In this document: in pieces, positions 39,970 to 49,534 of the stretch
Position numbering within the stretch: position 1 is the stretch's first letter
Layout: each line of letters starts with the position of its first letter
IMG/VR virus record: IMGVR_UViG_3300000956_000001
Coordinates: 1-64,000 of that record
DNA from: a virus
Direction: 5' to 3' (one strand)
DNA: 64,000 nt
Position numbers and translations under genes: made by a program
Notes under the pieces: generated by a model
Seen by the model: the letters and a program-made list of their open reading frames with translations, nothing else
Databases searched by the model: none
What the model was told of the DNA's origin: nothing

Positions 39970-40768
39970 TTACGCCCGAGTCAGGACGCCAGCCGCGAGA
40001 GCGGCCTGGGTCCAGGATGCCCACTCGACCAGCATGGCGTCGGCGAACTCTGCCTCAGAGCATGCCAGCAGGTCACGCTGGTACGTGCTGCGCTGGGTGT
40101 TGATGTTGTCGAGCAGACGCTTCGGGCCGGTGTATCGGTCCACGTAGTCGAACAGCTCGACGTGCCTGACGACGATCGGCTTGATGAAGATCGGGTAGCG
40201 CGACGTCTCCCAGAACAGGTCGAGCGTCTCGTCGTCGTACCGACGGTTCGAGTTGTCGCCGTCCGACAGGATCGCAGCGTGGATCGGCGCCTTGGCCTTC
40301 TTGCCGAGCTTGATGAGCGCCTTGAGTGGCTGACGCAGGTCCGTGCCGCCCATCCGTCGACGACCACCGAGTCGAAGCTCCCGCTCGATGATGCCTCGAT
40401 AGTTGCTCACGGAGGCTGTGATGCCCTCGTAGATATCCCCATCGAAGCCGATGACCGGAACCTGTCCGTCAACATCGATCTGGAGAACGAATCCCAGGTA
40501 GCGCTCCGCCATACGCTGGACGGCGCCCGAACTGTACTCGTTGGCCATTGAGCCGGAGTGGTCGACGATCAGAACGCCGTCCGCCTTGACGCCATTCTGG
40601 CCAGCCTTCTTGAGGCTGATGCCAGCGGCGCGCGCGTTCTTGGCGAGACCCTCGTGACCGGTCTTCTCCAGTGCCTCCAAGTCGATTGCCGACTCGTCGA
40701 CGTTGGGCCGGTAAATCAGCGGTGCCGAGTGGGCGACCGTGATCTTGTTGCCTGGCATGCCGAACATG
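39970..40768 (-). CDS. vWA-domain protein (TerF-associated type)
   Basis: LIVDHSGSM, GGTDL, ILSDG; very high GC3; GAGGAGG RBS before MFGMP. Confidence 0.75.
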
Positions 40769-40932
40769 TTCCTCCTCGTTGGGTATGGGGAACGCGATAG
40801 CCGAGACACCTCCTGAAACAGGCGGCCTCTTCCAGTCTCGACTACCGCCGCACTGGGCCTAATCCCTCCCAGTACAGACTCTAGTCACTGCTGCGTCAGC
40901 TTGACGGCCCAGGTTTCTCACGCCTGGTGTGA

Positions 40933-41274
40933 CTAGGGCTGCTTGTTGTTACCTTTACCGTTCCCGTGGGGCAAGCTCTCGGGAGCGATGCCGCCAGGAA
41001 CGTTGAGCCCCAGCATAGTGTTGACCACCTGCTGGATGCTGGCGTTCAGGATCGTGAATGGATCCTTGCGGAAGGATTCGGTACCAGGGTTCATGTACCG
41101 AAGTTCAACACTGCATGAGTCGACTGCACCTTCTGCGACACTCAGGGTATTGAGCAGGCCTCGAACCGTCTGGATATCGTTCGACTGGATCCGAATACCG
41201 CAGTTCTCAGTCTCGCCGGACTGAGCGCTCGGGTACCGGAAGTGCAACGTGCGCACGTTGTTCGGCTCGGTCAT
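40933..41274 (-). CDS. Hypothetical protein
   Basis: 113 aa, ATGA overlap. Confidence 0.55.
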   Translation of the reverse strand: MTEPNNVRTLHFRYPSAQSGETENCGIRIQSNDIQTVRGLLNTLSVAEGAVDSCSVELRYMNPGTESFRKDPFTILNASIQQVVNTMLGLNVPGGIAPESLPHGNGKGNNKQP

Positions 41275-41651
41275 GATGTCTCCCGGTCTGGCGCGTCAAC
41301 CAGCTCGGACCAGACCGTGCCCTCTTCGTCCACGAGCTGGAAGTCCCAGTTCGTGTCGACTGATGGCTCGGCGTCGACGACGCCGAGGATGTCGTACGGA
41401 CTGGTGTCGTTGTGGATGAGCATGAGTCGCTCTTCGTTGACGGCATCCAGAATGTTCTCGACGTCGTGACCGATGCGACACGGAATAGTGGCGCTGTTCG
41501 CCCTTTCGGCCGACAGGTAGTTTCCCTTGTCGAAGTGCATGCGCTCCCGCATTACGAACTGCATGCTAAGCTCTTCGAGCGGAGGCGCACCATCTTTCAG
41601 CACGATGTGCTTGCCGAGGCGCTCCCGGAGGATCTTCTCGTAGTCCGTCAC
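41271..41651 (-). CDS. Hypothetical protein
   Basis: 126 aa, GTGA overlap. Confidence 0.55.
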   Translation of the reverse strand: MTDYEKILRERLGKHIVLKDGAPPLEELSMQFVMRERMHFDKGNYLSAERANSATIPCRIGHDVENILDAVNEERLMLIHNDTSPYDILGVVDAEPSVDTNWDFQLVDEEGTVWSELVDAPDRETS

Positions 41652-41755
41652 TTAAGTCCTTCCATCTGATTTAGTACGATGCCGAGCCAGATCAGTGCGA
41701 CGCCGAGGACGATCACACACAGTGCAAGGAAGAAGTTTCCTCCGTCACCTCGCAT
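41648..41755 (-). CDS. 35-aa membrane micro-protein (not in ORF track)
   Basis: MRGDGGNFFLALCVIVLGVALIWLGIVLNQMEGLK*; AGGAGG RBS. Confidence 0.55.
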   Translation of the reverse strand: MRGDGGNFFLALCVIVLGVALIWLGIVLNQMEGLK

Positions 41756-41763
41756 GTCGCCTC

Positions 41764-41967
41764 CTAGAAGTTAAGCTTGCCAGCCATCATGAGTGCAATG
41801 AGTACAAGCACGACGATTACCCACTTCGGCAGTGACACCCAGATGCGCCACCCAAGAACTGCGATAAACAGACATCCACCGACTACGCCCCAGAACCTCA
41901 TGCTTTCGTAGAACGGGACGTCTGGAGTGCCGATGGTGATGTCAGCCAGATACTGAATCTGGTTCAC
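41764..41967 (-). CDS. Small membrane protein (2 TM)
   Basis: Two hydrophobic segments. Confidence 0.55.
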   Translation of the reverse strand: MNQIQYLADITIGTPDVPFYESMRFWGVVGGCLFIAVLGWRIWVSLPKWVIVVLVLIALMMAGKLNF

Positions 41968-42120
41968 CGGAGGAAAGCTCCCTACTTGGTAGCGGGTACG
42001 CAGGTCTCGCGCTTCGCTGAATCTTTACCTGCATTGTACCCGATGACTGCACCTGCGCCAAAGAAGATGATCAGAAGGATTCCAATCATCGTGGCAGGTG
42101 ATCCGTGCCGTTTCGTCATG

Positions 42121-42582
42121 TCACACCTTCAGGGGTTCGCGCCACTCGGGCCACACGTACGGAAGACCTGGCTTGACCTCTGGCCAGATGGCGCCGTAGT
42201 AGTTGGCGTCTTTCAGCACGAGGTTACTCTTGTGGCTCTGGTGGAATCCTTCGTGGCCGAGCCACCAGGGGGTGCCAGTATTGTTGGCCGGAGTCCAGAT
42301 CTTCTCGTACATGGCATCCTGGCACAGGTCTGCGATCTTGCCGCCCATGTTGTCTTCGTAGCCACGAACTCGCCACTCAGCGCACATTGTGAGGCCGTAC
42401 TCCATGAGTAGCCACTCGCAACCGCGCCACATGTTTATGACTGGATGGTTAGCCCAGCCACTCGTCAGACCCGCGAGTGTTTGCAGAATCTGATACGTCT
42501 CCACTCGCTGCTTCCCCAACCTCTGCCGGTCGAGAATAGTCGCTGTCTCGGAGAAACTCGCAACCGGGAGAAAAGTCTGCAT
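42121..42582 (-). CDS. Pyrimidine-dimer DNA glycosylase / endonuclease V family (MSMEG_6728-like)
   Basis: MQTFLP...LDRQRLGKQRVETYQIL...HPVINMWRG...HQSHKSNL...YVWP. Confidence 0.85.
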   Translation of the reverse strand: MQTFLPVASFSETATILDRQRLGKQRVETYQILQTLAGLTSGWANHPVINMWRGCEWLLMEYGLTMCAEWRVRGYEDNMGGKIADLCQDAMYEKIWTPANNTGTPWWLGHEGFHQSHKSNLVLKDANYYGAIWPEVKPGLPYVWPEWREPLKV

Positions 42583-43126
42583 GTGCAACCTCCGTGTTGC
42601 CGAGGAAGGTCTGGCCGCTATCACCAGCCCAGCGGTCGAGATCGCTGAGGTACTGGTTATTCAGCCACGTGTTGATGCGCAACTTCAGATCTTCGGCCAT
42701 GTGGATTGGTACCGGCATGAGATAGAACCCCAGTGCGCCAGCCCATTCTCGCAACGCACCGATGTACGGACGCGAATGACCAACCTCGTAGGCCGTGAAC
42801 TGATGAACCGCAAGGGTGGTCCACTGTGCCAGTGTTGTCAGGCGAATGAAACGCTTCCGTCGATACACTGTGAGGAAGTTCACGATCGGATCCAGCCTGT
42901 GTCTGACTCGATTCTGAGATGAGCCAGCAGGTTTTGTTTTCACCTCTTCGTTCGCATCTGGTCTGCGTGTTCCGCGCGCACTGACAACGCCTTCAGCCCT
43001 GAAGTGTGCGGTCACGATCATGCGGATTCTCTTCAGATCCTCTTGGCTAAGATCTTCGCCATCTTTGCGAGTGATGACAATCTTGCCGGAAGAACTGAGA
43101 TTGATCAGCCAGGCAGGAAAGGTCAC
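42449..43126 (-). CDS. Hypothetical protein, possible XRE-like HTH
   Basis: FTAYEVGHSRPYIGALREWAGALG resembles an XRE C-terminal helix pattern. Confidence 0.5.
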   Translation of the reverse strand: MTFPAWLINLSSSGKIVITRKDGEDLSQEDLKRIRMIVTAHFRAEGVVSARGTRRPDANEEVKTKPAGSSQNRVRHRLDPIVNFLTVYRRKRFIRLTTLAQWTTLAVHQFTAYEVGHSRPYIGALREWAGALGFYLMPVPIHMAEDLKLRINTWLNNQYLSDLDRWAGDSGQTFLGNTEVAHADFSPGCEFLRDSDYSRPAEVGEAASGDVSDSANTRGSDEWLG

Positions 43127-43230
43127 CAGTCGTTCCTTCCTCCGCCGCCCTTGCCTCGTCCGAAGATGAGGATCAGAACGATACCGAGAAGTCCGATACC
43201 ACCCAGGATGGCAGCAACTTCTGTCGGCAT
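43123..43230 (-). CDS. 35-aa membrane micro-protein (not in ORF track)
   Basis: MPTEVAAILGGIGLLGIVLILIFGRGKGGGGRNDW*; AAGGGAG RBS. Confidence 0.55.
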   Translation of the reverse strand: MPTEVAAILGGIGLLGIVLILIFGRGKGGGGRNDW

Positions 43231-43318
43231 AACTCTCCCTTCGTTCGGTAATCCAGTGCGGTGCGTAGACGGAGGCTAGTCTCGCCTACGCACCGGGTCT
43301 GAGTCACCGACCGTCTTG

Positions 43319-43687
43319 TTACAGTGCAGCCAGCTTTGCGTCGAACTTTGCGATGCTGGCCTGCACCGATCTGACGATATCGCCGGGGTGATATACCTCA
43401 ACCTTACCAGCGAGCACGTCGATCAACATGACTTCCGTGTCGTGCTTGAGCTTGTTATCCTTCCAGACAAGCTGGCAGGCGCGGTATCGGTGACTGGCAA
43501 TCCTGCGCGCCTTGTCCAGTACGGCGACCACCTCGTCGGTGGTCTGGATAATCCAGGTCACGCCATACTCGTCGATGACGATGTCATCCTTGACGAGAGA
43601 TTGCGAATCTCGCACGACGAGGGGTTTGGGCTTCTCGTCTTCATCGAAGTGCATGTTCATCTCCTTGCAAACAGGACGATGCCCCAA
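43319..43687 (-). CDS. Hypothetical protein (start probably MNMHF)
   Basis: AAGGAG precedes the internal ATG. Confidence 0.5.
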   Translation of the reverse strand: MGHRPVCKEMNMHFDEDEKPKPLVVRDSQSLVKDDIVIDEYGVTWIIQTTDEVVAVLDKARRIASHRYRACQLVWKDNKLKHDTEVMLIDVLAGKVEVYHPGDIVRSVQASIAKFDAKLAAL

Positions 43688-43938
43688 CAGATCACGGCAA
43701 TCACCCAGATGACTTTCGCGCCTGTCGGGATATCATGCGACAGTTGGCCAGTGATTTCTACCTCCAGGGCTGATAGACAACGATAATGAAGAATAGGACG
43801 CACAGTGCAGTCAAAATGAGGAACGTCTTGACTGCACGCTTCAGCTCGTCCACGATCAGGCAGTCCAGGCCACGATCAGAACGATGGCGACCACGACCGC
43901 CAGCCCGCAGAGAATCTTGAATGCAGTGTACGGGCGCA

Positions 43939-44298
43939 CTACTTGTCACCCCGCGTCCGGAAGATACTGTTCAGGATGGTACGGCGACGCTTGCTGAATT
44001 TGTTGTTCAGTCGCCGATCCTCGCGGTTCTGATCGTCCGGCTCCACTGTCTCGGTGTGCGTGTGGCTGTCGTGCTCGGGAACCGTCAGGAACACGTCGGA
44101 CCGCGTGAAGATAGCGTTCAGTCCCTCGCGGCTGATCGAGCGAGCCTCGTGGTTGGGCTTGATGCCCTCGCCGCGACGAATTCGGTGACTGATGTCCGAC
44201 TGCTGGGTCTTGCCGTGCAGACCCTTTTTGTTCTTCGCCGTACGATCCTTGGCTCGCGTCCGCTCGGTGCACGGCTTGGCCTTCTTGGGGGTGTTCAC
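43939..44298 (-). CDS. Basic hypothetical protein
   Basis: 119 aa, K/R-rich, GGAGG RBS. Confidence 0.5.
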   Translation of the reverse strand: MNTPKKAKPCTERTRAKDRTAKNKKGLHGKTQQSDISHRIRRGEGIKPNHEARSISREGLNAIFTRSDVFLTVPEHDSHTHTETVEPDDQNREDRRLNNKFSKRRRTILNSIFRTRGDK

Positions 44299-44472
44299 TT
44301 GGTGATCCTCCAGATGATGACGAACATACCCGCACAGAAGGCGACTGTACAGATGATACCTTCGATCTCAATGGCTGTCATCTGTGACCCTTCCGATCGA
44401 GATAGATGACAACGCCAGCACCAGCCAGGGCAACGATAACGCTACCAATGCAGATGTACTGCCAGGTGTACA

Positions 44473-44934
44473 TCAGGCGTCTGCCTTAAGTCCATCCCTG
44501 CGACGACGCGCGTTGACGATGGCAGCGGCATTCTCACGCTCACGCTCGACCAGGCGGGCACGCTCTGCCTTGTTGTGCATGCGTCGCGTCTCGTTGCGCC
44601 GGTCACGCTTCGCTCGAAGTTCGGCCTTCGCCGACTCCAGGCCGCTGGGGTGCGCGGCCAGACGCTTGATACTCACGCCCAGGAAGGACTTGCCGGAGGG
44701 CTTACCTTTGCCGGTCAGCTTGTTGCCGTCGGCGCTGTACCGGCGAGTCGTCGTCGTGTTGACCTTCTCCAGGACGAAGATCTTCTCGCTGTCCTTGTTG
44801 CTCGGGTCACGTGGCAGCCAGATACCACGGGGGTCCTGGATGACGGCCATTTCCTGCTTGAACGCCTTGCCATTACGACGCTTGGAGTTCCGCGCGCCCC
44901 GCTCTTTCTTGGGCTTCTGCTGCGCACTCGCCAT
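44473..44934 (-). CDS. Basic hypothetical protein
   Basis: K/R-rich, high GC3, GGAGGT RBS. Confidence 0.55.
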   Translation of the reverse strand: MASAQQKPKKERGARNSKRRNGKAFKQEMAVIQDPRGIWLPRDPSNKDSEKIFVLEKVNTTTTRRYSADGNKLTGKGKPSGKSFLGVSIKRLAAHPSGLESAKAELRAKRDRRNETRRMHNKAERARLVERERENAAAIVNARRRRDGLKADA

Positions 44935-45151
44935 GACGAGTCGCACCTCCCTCTCTTGTCTGCTCTTGACCGCTTGCTAGTTGGGTCGACCAACCAGGAC
45001 GCCTGCCAGAAAGATACATATGGCCAGACATACTGAACCTGATCCAATCAGGTACCAGCATACCATCTCGTTGTTACCGAGGGCGTCGAGCATCTTGTTC
45101 ACTGTTTAGTTGGCCTTCCCACCGCTTGCGTCTGTAGCTGAGCTGGCTACG

Positions 45152-45275
45152 TACCGTCGCGAGGAGTCGAACCTCACCTCCTGGTCGCACTCGCCTACCC
45201 CGAACTTATAGGCGAGCGACTGCACCCTGCTAACGCTGACAGGGCGACCAGTGTTTTGCTACTAAACTAGACGGC
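45152..45275 (-). ncRNA. tRNA-like RNA whose anticodon loop is replaced by two hairpins
   Basis: Acceptor GCCGTC/GACGGT, D arm GTTT-AGTAGCA-AAAC, stem CTGGTCG/CGACCAG enclosing a ~55 nt insert, T arm GTGAGG-TTCGACT-CCTCGC. Confidence 0.6.
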
Positions 45276-45464
45276 TACCCTGGGTTTCGCGTCGCCGATC
45301 AGGACGCGCTACACCCAGATAGGAATGAGTGTGACGGACAGATTGACGGCGAGCCAGATGATTATGGCTGTGTCAACCTTGATCCGAGTTGCCGTGCTGA
45401 TTTGCCAGTTTTTCATGACGATCCTGACTAGAACGCCTGAACAGAGTATTTTTTCGGATACAGA

Positions 45465-46700
45465 CAAGCCCTGGCACTCGCTTGGGAGACGTTGTGCCAG
45501 GGCTTACCCTCGTGCCGCTACATGTGCCTGACGGACTGTTACGCTTCACAGGCTTCCACTCAGGCTAGCCATAGAGGCCGTGCCGACTCGTACGGCGACC
45601 GGTTCCCCTTGCTGCTTGTGGTGCTCCCTTGGTTGTAACCCGACTTGGATGCGTACCTCGGGATTGCGCCTCCACCAGTCCGTCAGGACTTGTCTTGCCA
45701 CATAGCCAATACCCCGCAGTGGGCATTGATGGGCTGACCAATCAGAGTCAGAGGTTTGATCAACACACTGACTAAACGTGACTGGTCCGCAGGTGTGTCT
45801 ACTTGCTAGCTCGCCAGGGTGACGCCAGTCAAGGCGCCGCTTTGCGCAGGTAGCCGCCAACTGGTCAGCCCGAGGGTTGCATCACGCTGGTGTAATGCGC
45901 TGACACTTCAACCTAAACAGGCCCTACCCGTCTGCAATAGTCGGTGCACGCCTGCCGTTTGTCGCTGGCCCGTTCGGGGTCCAGCCCAGGTGGTCTGCCC
46001 ATTTCCCAGTTTTTTCGTTGGCCCTGACTAAGGCCGGTTCATCCTTCCTGTTCTCGGACGTTTCCGTCTCCGAATACAGGGGTCCAACCAGACGCCTTGA
46101 TCAGGGCCGTACGCGTGATGCAACCTTCGCGCTAACCAGGTGCTCGTCTACCGGCTAACCGTTCCGTTGTGCGATGCGTGATGGTGCCTGTAGCCCGCTA
46201 GGATCGACGCTGACGACCGTTTGTGGCGGTTGCTAGGGTGGGTAACCCCCGTGCGGTGTAACGCGCTACGGGCGATCCTAGCGGGCTTTGTGCAGTGTTA
46301 CTGTGCGGACTCGACCAGTCACGTTTGGTAACCTCACGTGACAGAGGTAAGCGCGGCAGGATTCCGGCCTGTCGTTCTCAGGACTGCTGGACTCCGGGGG
46401 TCGCAATGACCCATACTCCGGTTTTCCCAGGCGGAACCCTGCCGCTGGTTGGACCCATCGTGAGTCAGTCACGTAGCGTTGCGTCGAGTGCGTGCGGGAC
46501 CTAACCGATGATAGCGCGGGAGCTATGTCGATCAGTACGGACGCACTGGGAGGCGCGGCTTGATGGCTGGCGTTGATGTGTCCGCTGACGGGACATCGGC
46601 TGGGAAAGGTGGGTAACCCTGACCGATGTACCGCCAGCGCACACATCACACTGTGTTGTTAGGCAGCGTGATGGTGCCCCTGGACGCCTGATCCTGCATG
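45465..46700. ncRNA. Candidate large structured non-coding RNA region
   Basis: No convincing ORF. Nested long-range stems 45527-38/45676-87, 45872-87/46113-28, 46020-27/46101-08 and a 15-bp stem around 46192-46287. Confidence 0.5.
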
Positions 46701-46734
46701 GGCCAGGCGTCCAGGTTTGTTGCCGTGGTGCGGA

Positions 46735-47850
46735 CTAGGCGACCTTGCGAGCGCCGCCCACGCCGCCATCCTGGGCGGGCACGATGCCTTCCAGGTTGAA
46801 CTTGGGGCTGGACAGGGCGGCCGTGATGGCACCCGAGCTGGCGTTGCCGTCCGGGTACTCTTCCGTGCGAGTCTTCGCAATCTGGCCCGTCTTCAAGAAG
46901 GTGCCGACCGGCACGCTCGCGAAGACCTCCTGGATGTGCGACTTCACGCTGCGCTTCGGACCCGTGTAGGCGTCACGCGTACCCGTGCTGGTGGCGGTAC
47001 CGGCTGCCTTCGGCGCACGAACCTTCGCGACGTTGCCGCCACGACCGTGCGCGATCTTGGCCGCGTTCTTCACGACGACGTGGACCTCGGGCGCCTTCGG
47101 CTCGCGGGCCGCGTACGCCTCGTCCGTCTCGTCGGTCTTCTTGCCCTCGGTCGCCCAGGAGTTGTGGTCGACCTCGTACGCCTGCCACGCCTTGACCTCG
47201 GGGGCCAGCGACTTCGACAGCTCCTGGACCTTCGCGGTCCAGTCGGGGCTCACGCCCTCGCCCGGGGTCAGCATGGAAACCGCCAGGTAGAACGCGGAGA
47301 CCTTCTCGACGTGCGCCTGCGTCGGATCGACCGGAGGCTTGACGACCTGCTCGCGCTGGGCGGTTGTGGTCTTGACCTCGGCACCGAGATCCATGTAGAC
47401 CTTCGCCTTGGAGGCGTTCAGCTCCTTGGTGAGCGAGGTCTTCATCCCGGTTTCGAGGAAGTCGCGGGCCTTCTTCTTCAAGCCCGGGGTCGGCAGGGCC
47501 GCGTAGGCCAGCTTGACCGGTGCGACGTTCACCGTGGGGACGTCGCCGGTCGTCTGGTCGCGCGCCTCGACGGCCTCGTTGACCTTCGCCTCGAACTCGG
47601 CGAACAGCTTCGCGTGCTCCGCCTCGGTGGCAGCCTGCTCGGCGGCCAGCTCCTCGGGGGTCTTCGTCGGGCCGGTCGCGGTGTTGGCGTCCGGCGTCTC
47701 GGGGGCCTGCGGGGTTTCCAGGTTTTCGACCGGAGTCGCAACCTGCTCGGGCTGCGACTCGGTGGCCATGCCCGGAAGGCTGGACATCTGCTCGGTGGGC
47801 TGCGTGACCTCTTCGGCCGAAGCCGTGGTCACGTCATCCTGGTCACGCAT
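46735..47850 (-). CDS. Probably abundant early protein with a C-terminal putative DNA-binding domain
   Basis: 371 aa, extreme GC3, GAGGAG RBS, own promoter; C-terminal domain resembles ORF 51335-51595. Confidence 0.7.
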   Translation of the reverse strand: MRDQDDVTTASAEEVTQPTEQMSSLPGMATESQPEQVATPVENLETPQAPETPDANTATGPTKTPEELAAEQAATEAEHAKLFAEFEAKVNEAVEARDQTTGDVPTVNVAPVKLAYAALPTPGLKKKARDFLETGMKTSLTKELNASKAKVYMDLGAEVKTTTAQREQVVKPPVDPTQAHVEKVSAFYLAVSMLTPGEGVSPDWTAKVQELSKSLAPEVKAWQAYEVDHNSWATEGKKTDETDEAYAAREPKAPEVHVVVKNAAKIAHGRGGNVAKVRAPKAAGTATSTGTRDAYTGPKRSVKSHIQEVFASVPVGTFLKTGQIAKTRTEEYPDGNASSGAITAALSSPKFNLEGIVPAQDGGVGGARKVA

Positions 47851-47891
47851 GATGACTCCTCGTCGATGTGATGTGGTGTGCGTCGTTTGAA

Positions 47892-47920
47892 ACTGTAGTG
47901 CATCGGGTCTGTTCCGTCAA
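47892..47920 (-). promoter_or_regulatory. SigA-type promoter
   Basis: TTGACG-N17-TACAGT. Confidence 0.65.
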
Positions 47921-48194
47921 CCCCCGTGGCAGGGATTGTGGATCCGATCTAGCAGGCCGACGGTATGGCTCCCCGTTATCGGCTCGCTGTTCCCGTCCCG
48001 ATGCATTCAGTCTAGCACATCGTTTCGGGTAGTGCAACTGGCGTGTTGTGCAATTTCAGGGTTTTTCATGGCTCCCCTACTAGGCCGAAGTCTAGCACAC
48101 CATGCGATGCTAGTCAACTGGGCCGTTGTGCTGTGTTGCTGTGTGCATGCGCCAGGTAACGCTGCCCGTAGGCGAGCGTGCTGGGTCATGCTGC

Positions 48195-48260
48195 GCACCG
48201 TAAACAGGGATCGAACCTGCCTGCTGGGTACCAGCCAGCGCCCCACCAGGGGTCACGATG
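48195..48260 (-). tRNA. Compact non-canonical tRNA-Thr(GGT)-like element
   Basis: CATCGTG/TACGGTG acceptor, CCCC-TGGT-GGGG D arm, GCTGG-CTGGTAC-CCAGC anticodon arm, GCAGG-TTCGATC-CCTGT T arm; ~66 nt, no encoded CCA. Confidence 0.55.
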
Positions 48261-48310
48261 TCACCTGAACGGACGGATAGGCGTCCAGATGAAGGTCTGA
48301 CAGTGAAGGT

Positions 48311-48655
48311 CTAGCCGTACAACCCGTCACGATTGTTGGGCCAATTGGGGCTCATGACTGCGGCCATGGCATCACGACCTGCCTGCTCGGCAGCGGGTGA
48401 CATGCGAGGAGGCTCGTTGATGGCTTCGATGTCGGTCTTGTTCATGTCGCGAATCACCCAGGGCCAGTTGCCGTGGGCGAGTCCGTCTGCAATCGCACGG
48501 GCCAGGTAGATCGCCTGCGTTCGCAGAGACATGCCGTCGGCAGCCATCCGGTTGACCTGCTCGGCGCAGTACGCCTGGTCACTGCCCTTCGGCGCGTACG
48601 ATTGCAGAATCGTCAGCAACTCGTACATACGATCGTGATCTGTCTTCATGCCCAC
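48311..48655 (-). CDS. Hypothetical protein
   Basis: ~112 aa, AAAGGTGGG RBS, upstream promoter. Confidence 0.6.
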   Translation of the reverse strand: MGMKTDHDRMYELLTILQSYAPKGSDQAYCAEQVNRMAADGMSLRTQAIYLARAIADGLAHGNWPWVIRDMNKTDIEAINEPPRMSPAAEQAGRDAMAAVMSPNWPNNRDGLYG

Positions 48656-48696
48656 CTTTCCCGTTAGACGCGGTGCTGATCGGCTGTGCTACCGCA

Positions 48697-48822
48697 ACAC
48701 TAGCAGGTGTTTCCCGTTTTGGCAACTCCCCGGATATTGCGTACCCGGCTCCTCGTTACCTGCGTAACGCACCCGCCTGTGTGGCGTGCGTCTAGTATGG
48801 CATCAGGTGGACGCGTTGTCAA
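48697..48822 (-). promoter_or_regulatory. Two tandem SigA-type promoters
   Basis: TTGCCA-N17-TAGTGT (48725-48697) and TTGACA-N17-CATACT (48822-48794). Confidence 0.6.
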
Positions 48823-49045
48823 CGTGTCCTAGTGGATAGATTGCCCGTTGGCACATATGGCATCTGACCTGCTGTTATGCTAGACCAGGCGCCGGTAATG
48901 TCCGAATTGCCAGATTTTACCGTCTTGCCCGACTAAGAGGGCTTTGCGTAGTGAACGCCACCTTTGAGTGAGAGTGCCTCACTTGTGACGACATGCACGT
49001 AGATGCCCTGTGCAGGTGCAATTGCCTCTTTGCAGTGTATACAAG

Positions 49046-49447
49046 TCATTTGTCCGTTTTGTCCTTCTTGCGGGTCTTTCTGGGCTTAGTTGACTTTGCG
49101 TGCTGTAGCCGCTGCAATGTGTTCTTTTCGATCTCAATCATCATCAAAGCGGCATTTCGGACTTCCGGGGTAAAGGGTCCAGTGTACCCCATAGTGAACA
49201 GAACGGCTTTTGCAGCCATATCGTTCTGTTCGCGGCGAGAGAGAGACTTCTGCACCGGAGCCGAACTTTTGCGCTCAGACTTCCCATCCTTGGATGCCTC
49301 ACCACGGATGATGACAACTCGGCTACAGGGGAGCGAATCGTCACCATCCGTGGTAAGGCGGACAACGATACCAATTGGGGCAGAGCTAGACTCGCGCACC
49401 AATTCGTAGTATCTCGCCTTATCAGGATCAAAGAGCATATCGCGCAC
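49046..49447 (-). CDS. Hypothetical protein
   Basis: 133 aa, basic C-terminus; first gene downstream of the stem array. Confidence 0.55.
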   Translation of the reverse strand: MRDMLFDPDKARYYELVRESSSAPIGIVVRLTTDGDDSLPCSRVVIIRGEASKDGKSERKSSAPVQKSLSRREQNDMAAKAVLFTMGYTGPFTPEVRNAALMMIEIEKNTLQRLQHAKSTKPRKTRKKDKTDK

Positions 49448-49534
49448 CTTTCAGGTTTTACCAGTCATGTGGCACTAACAGGGTAAAACATTACAGTTGC
49501 ACCATATCAGGGCATATGACTCAAAAAGGACATA

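Noticed and set aside
46717-47871. 384-aa + strand ORF (and similar antisense ORFs at 60444-61643, 35474-36406, 31015-31926, 39742-40551)
   Set aside because: These are antisense shadows of high-GC3 minus-strand genes that have RBS, motif or promoter support.
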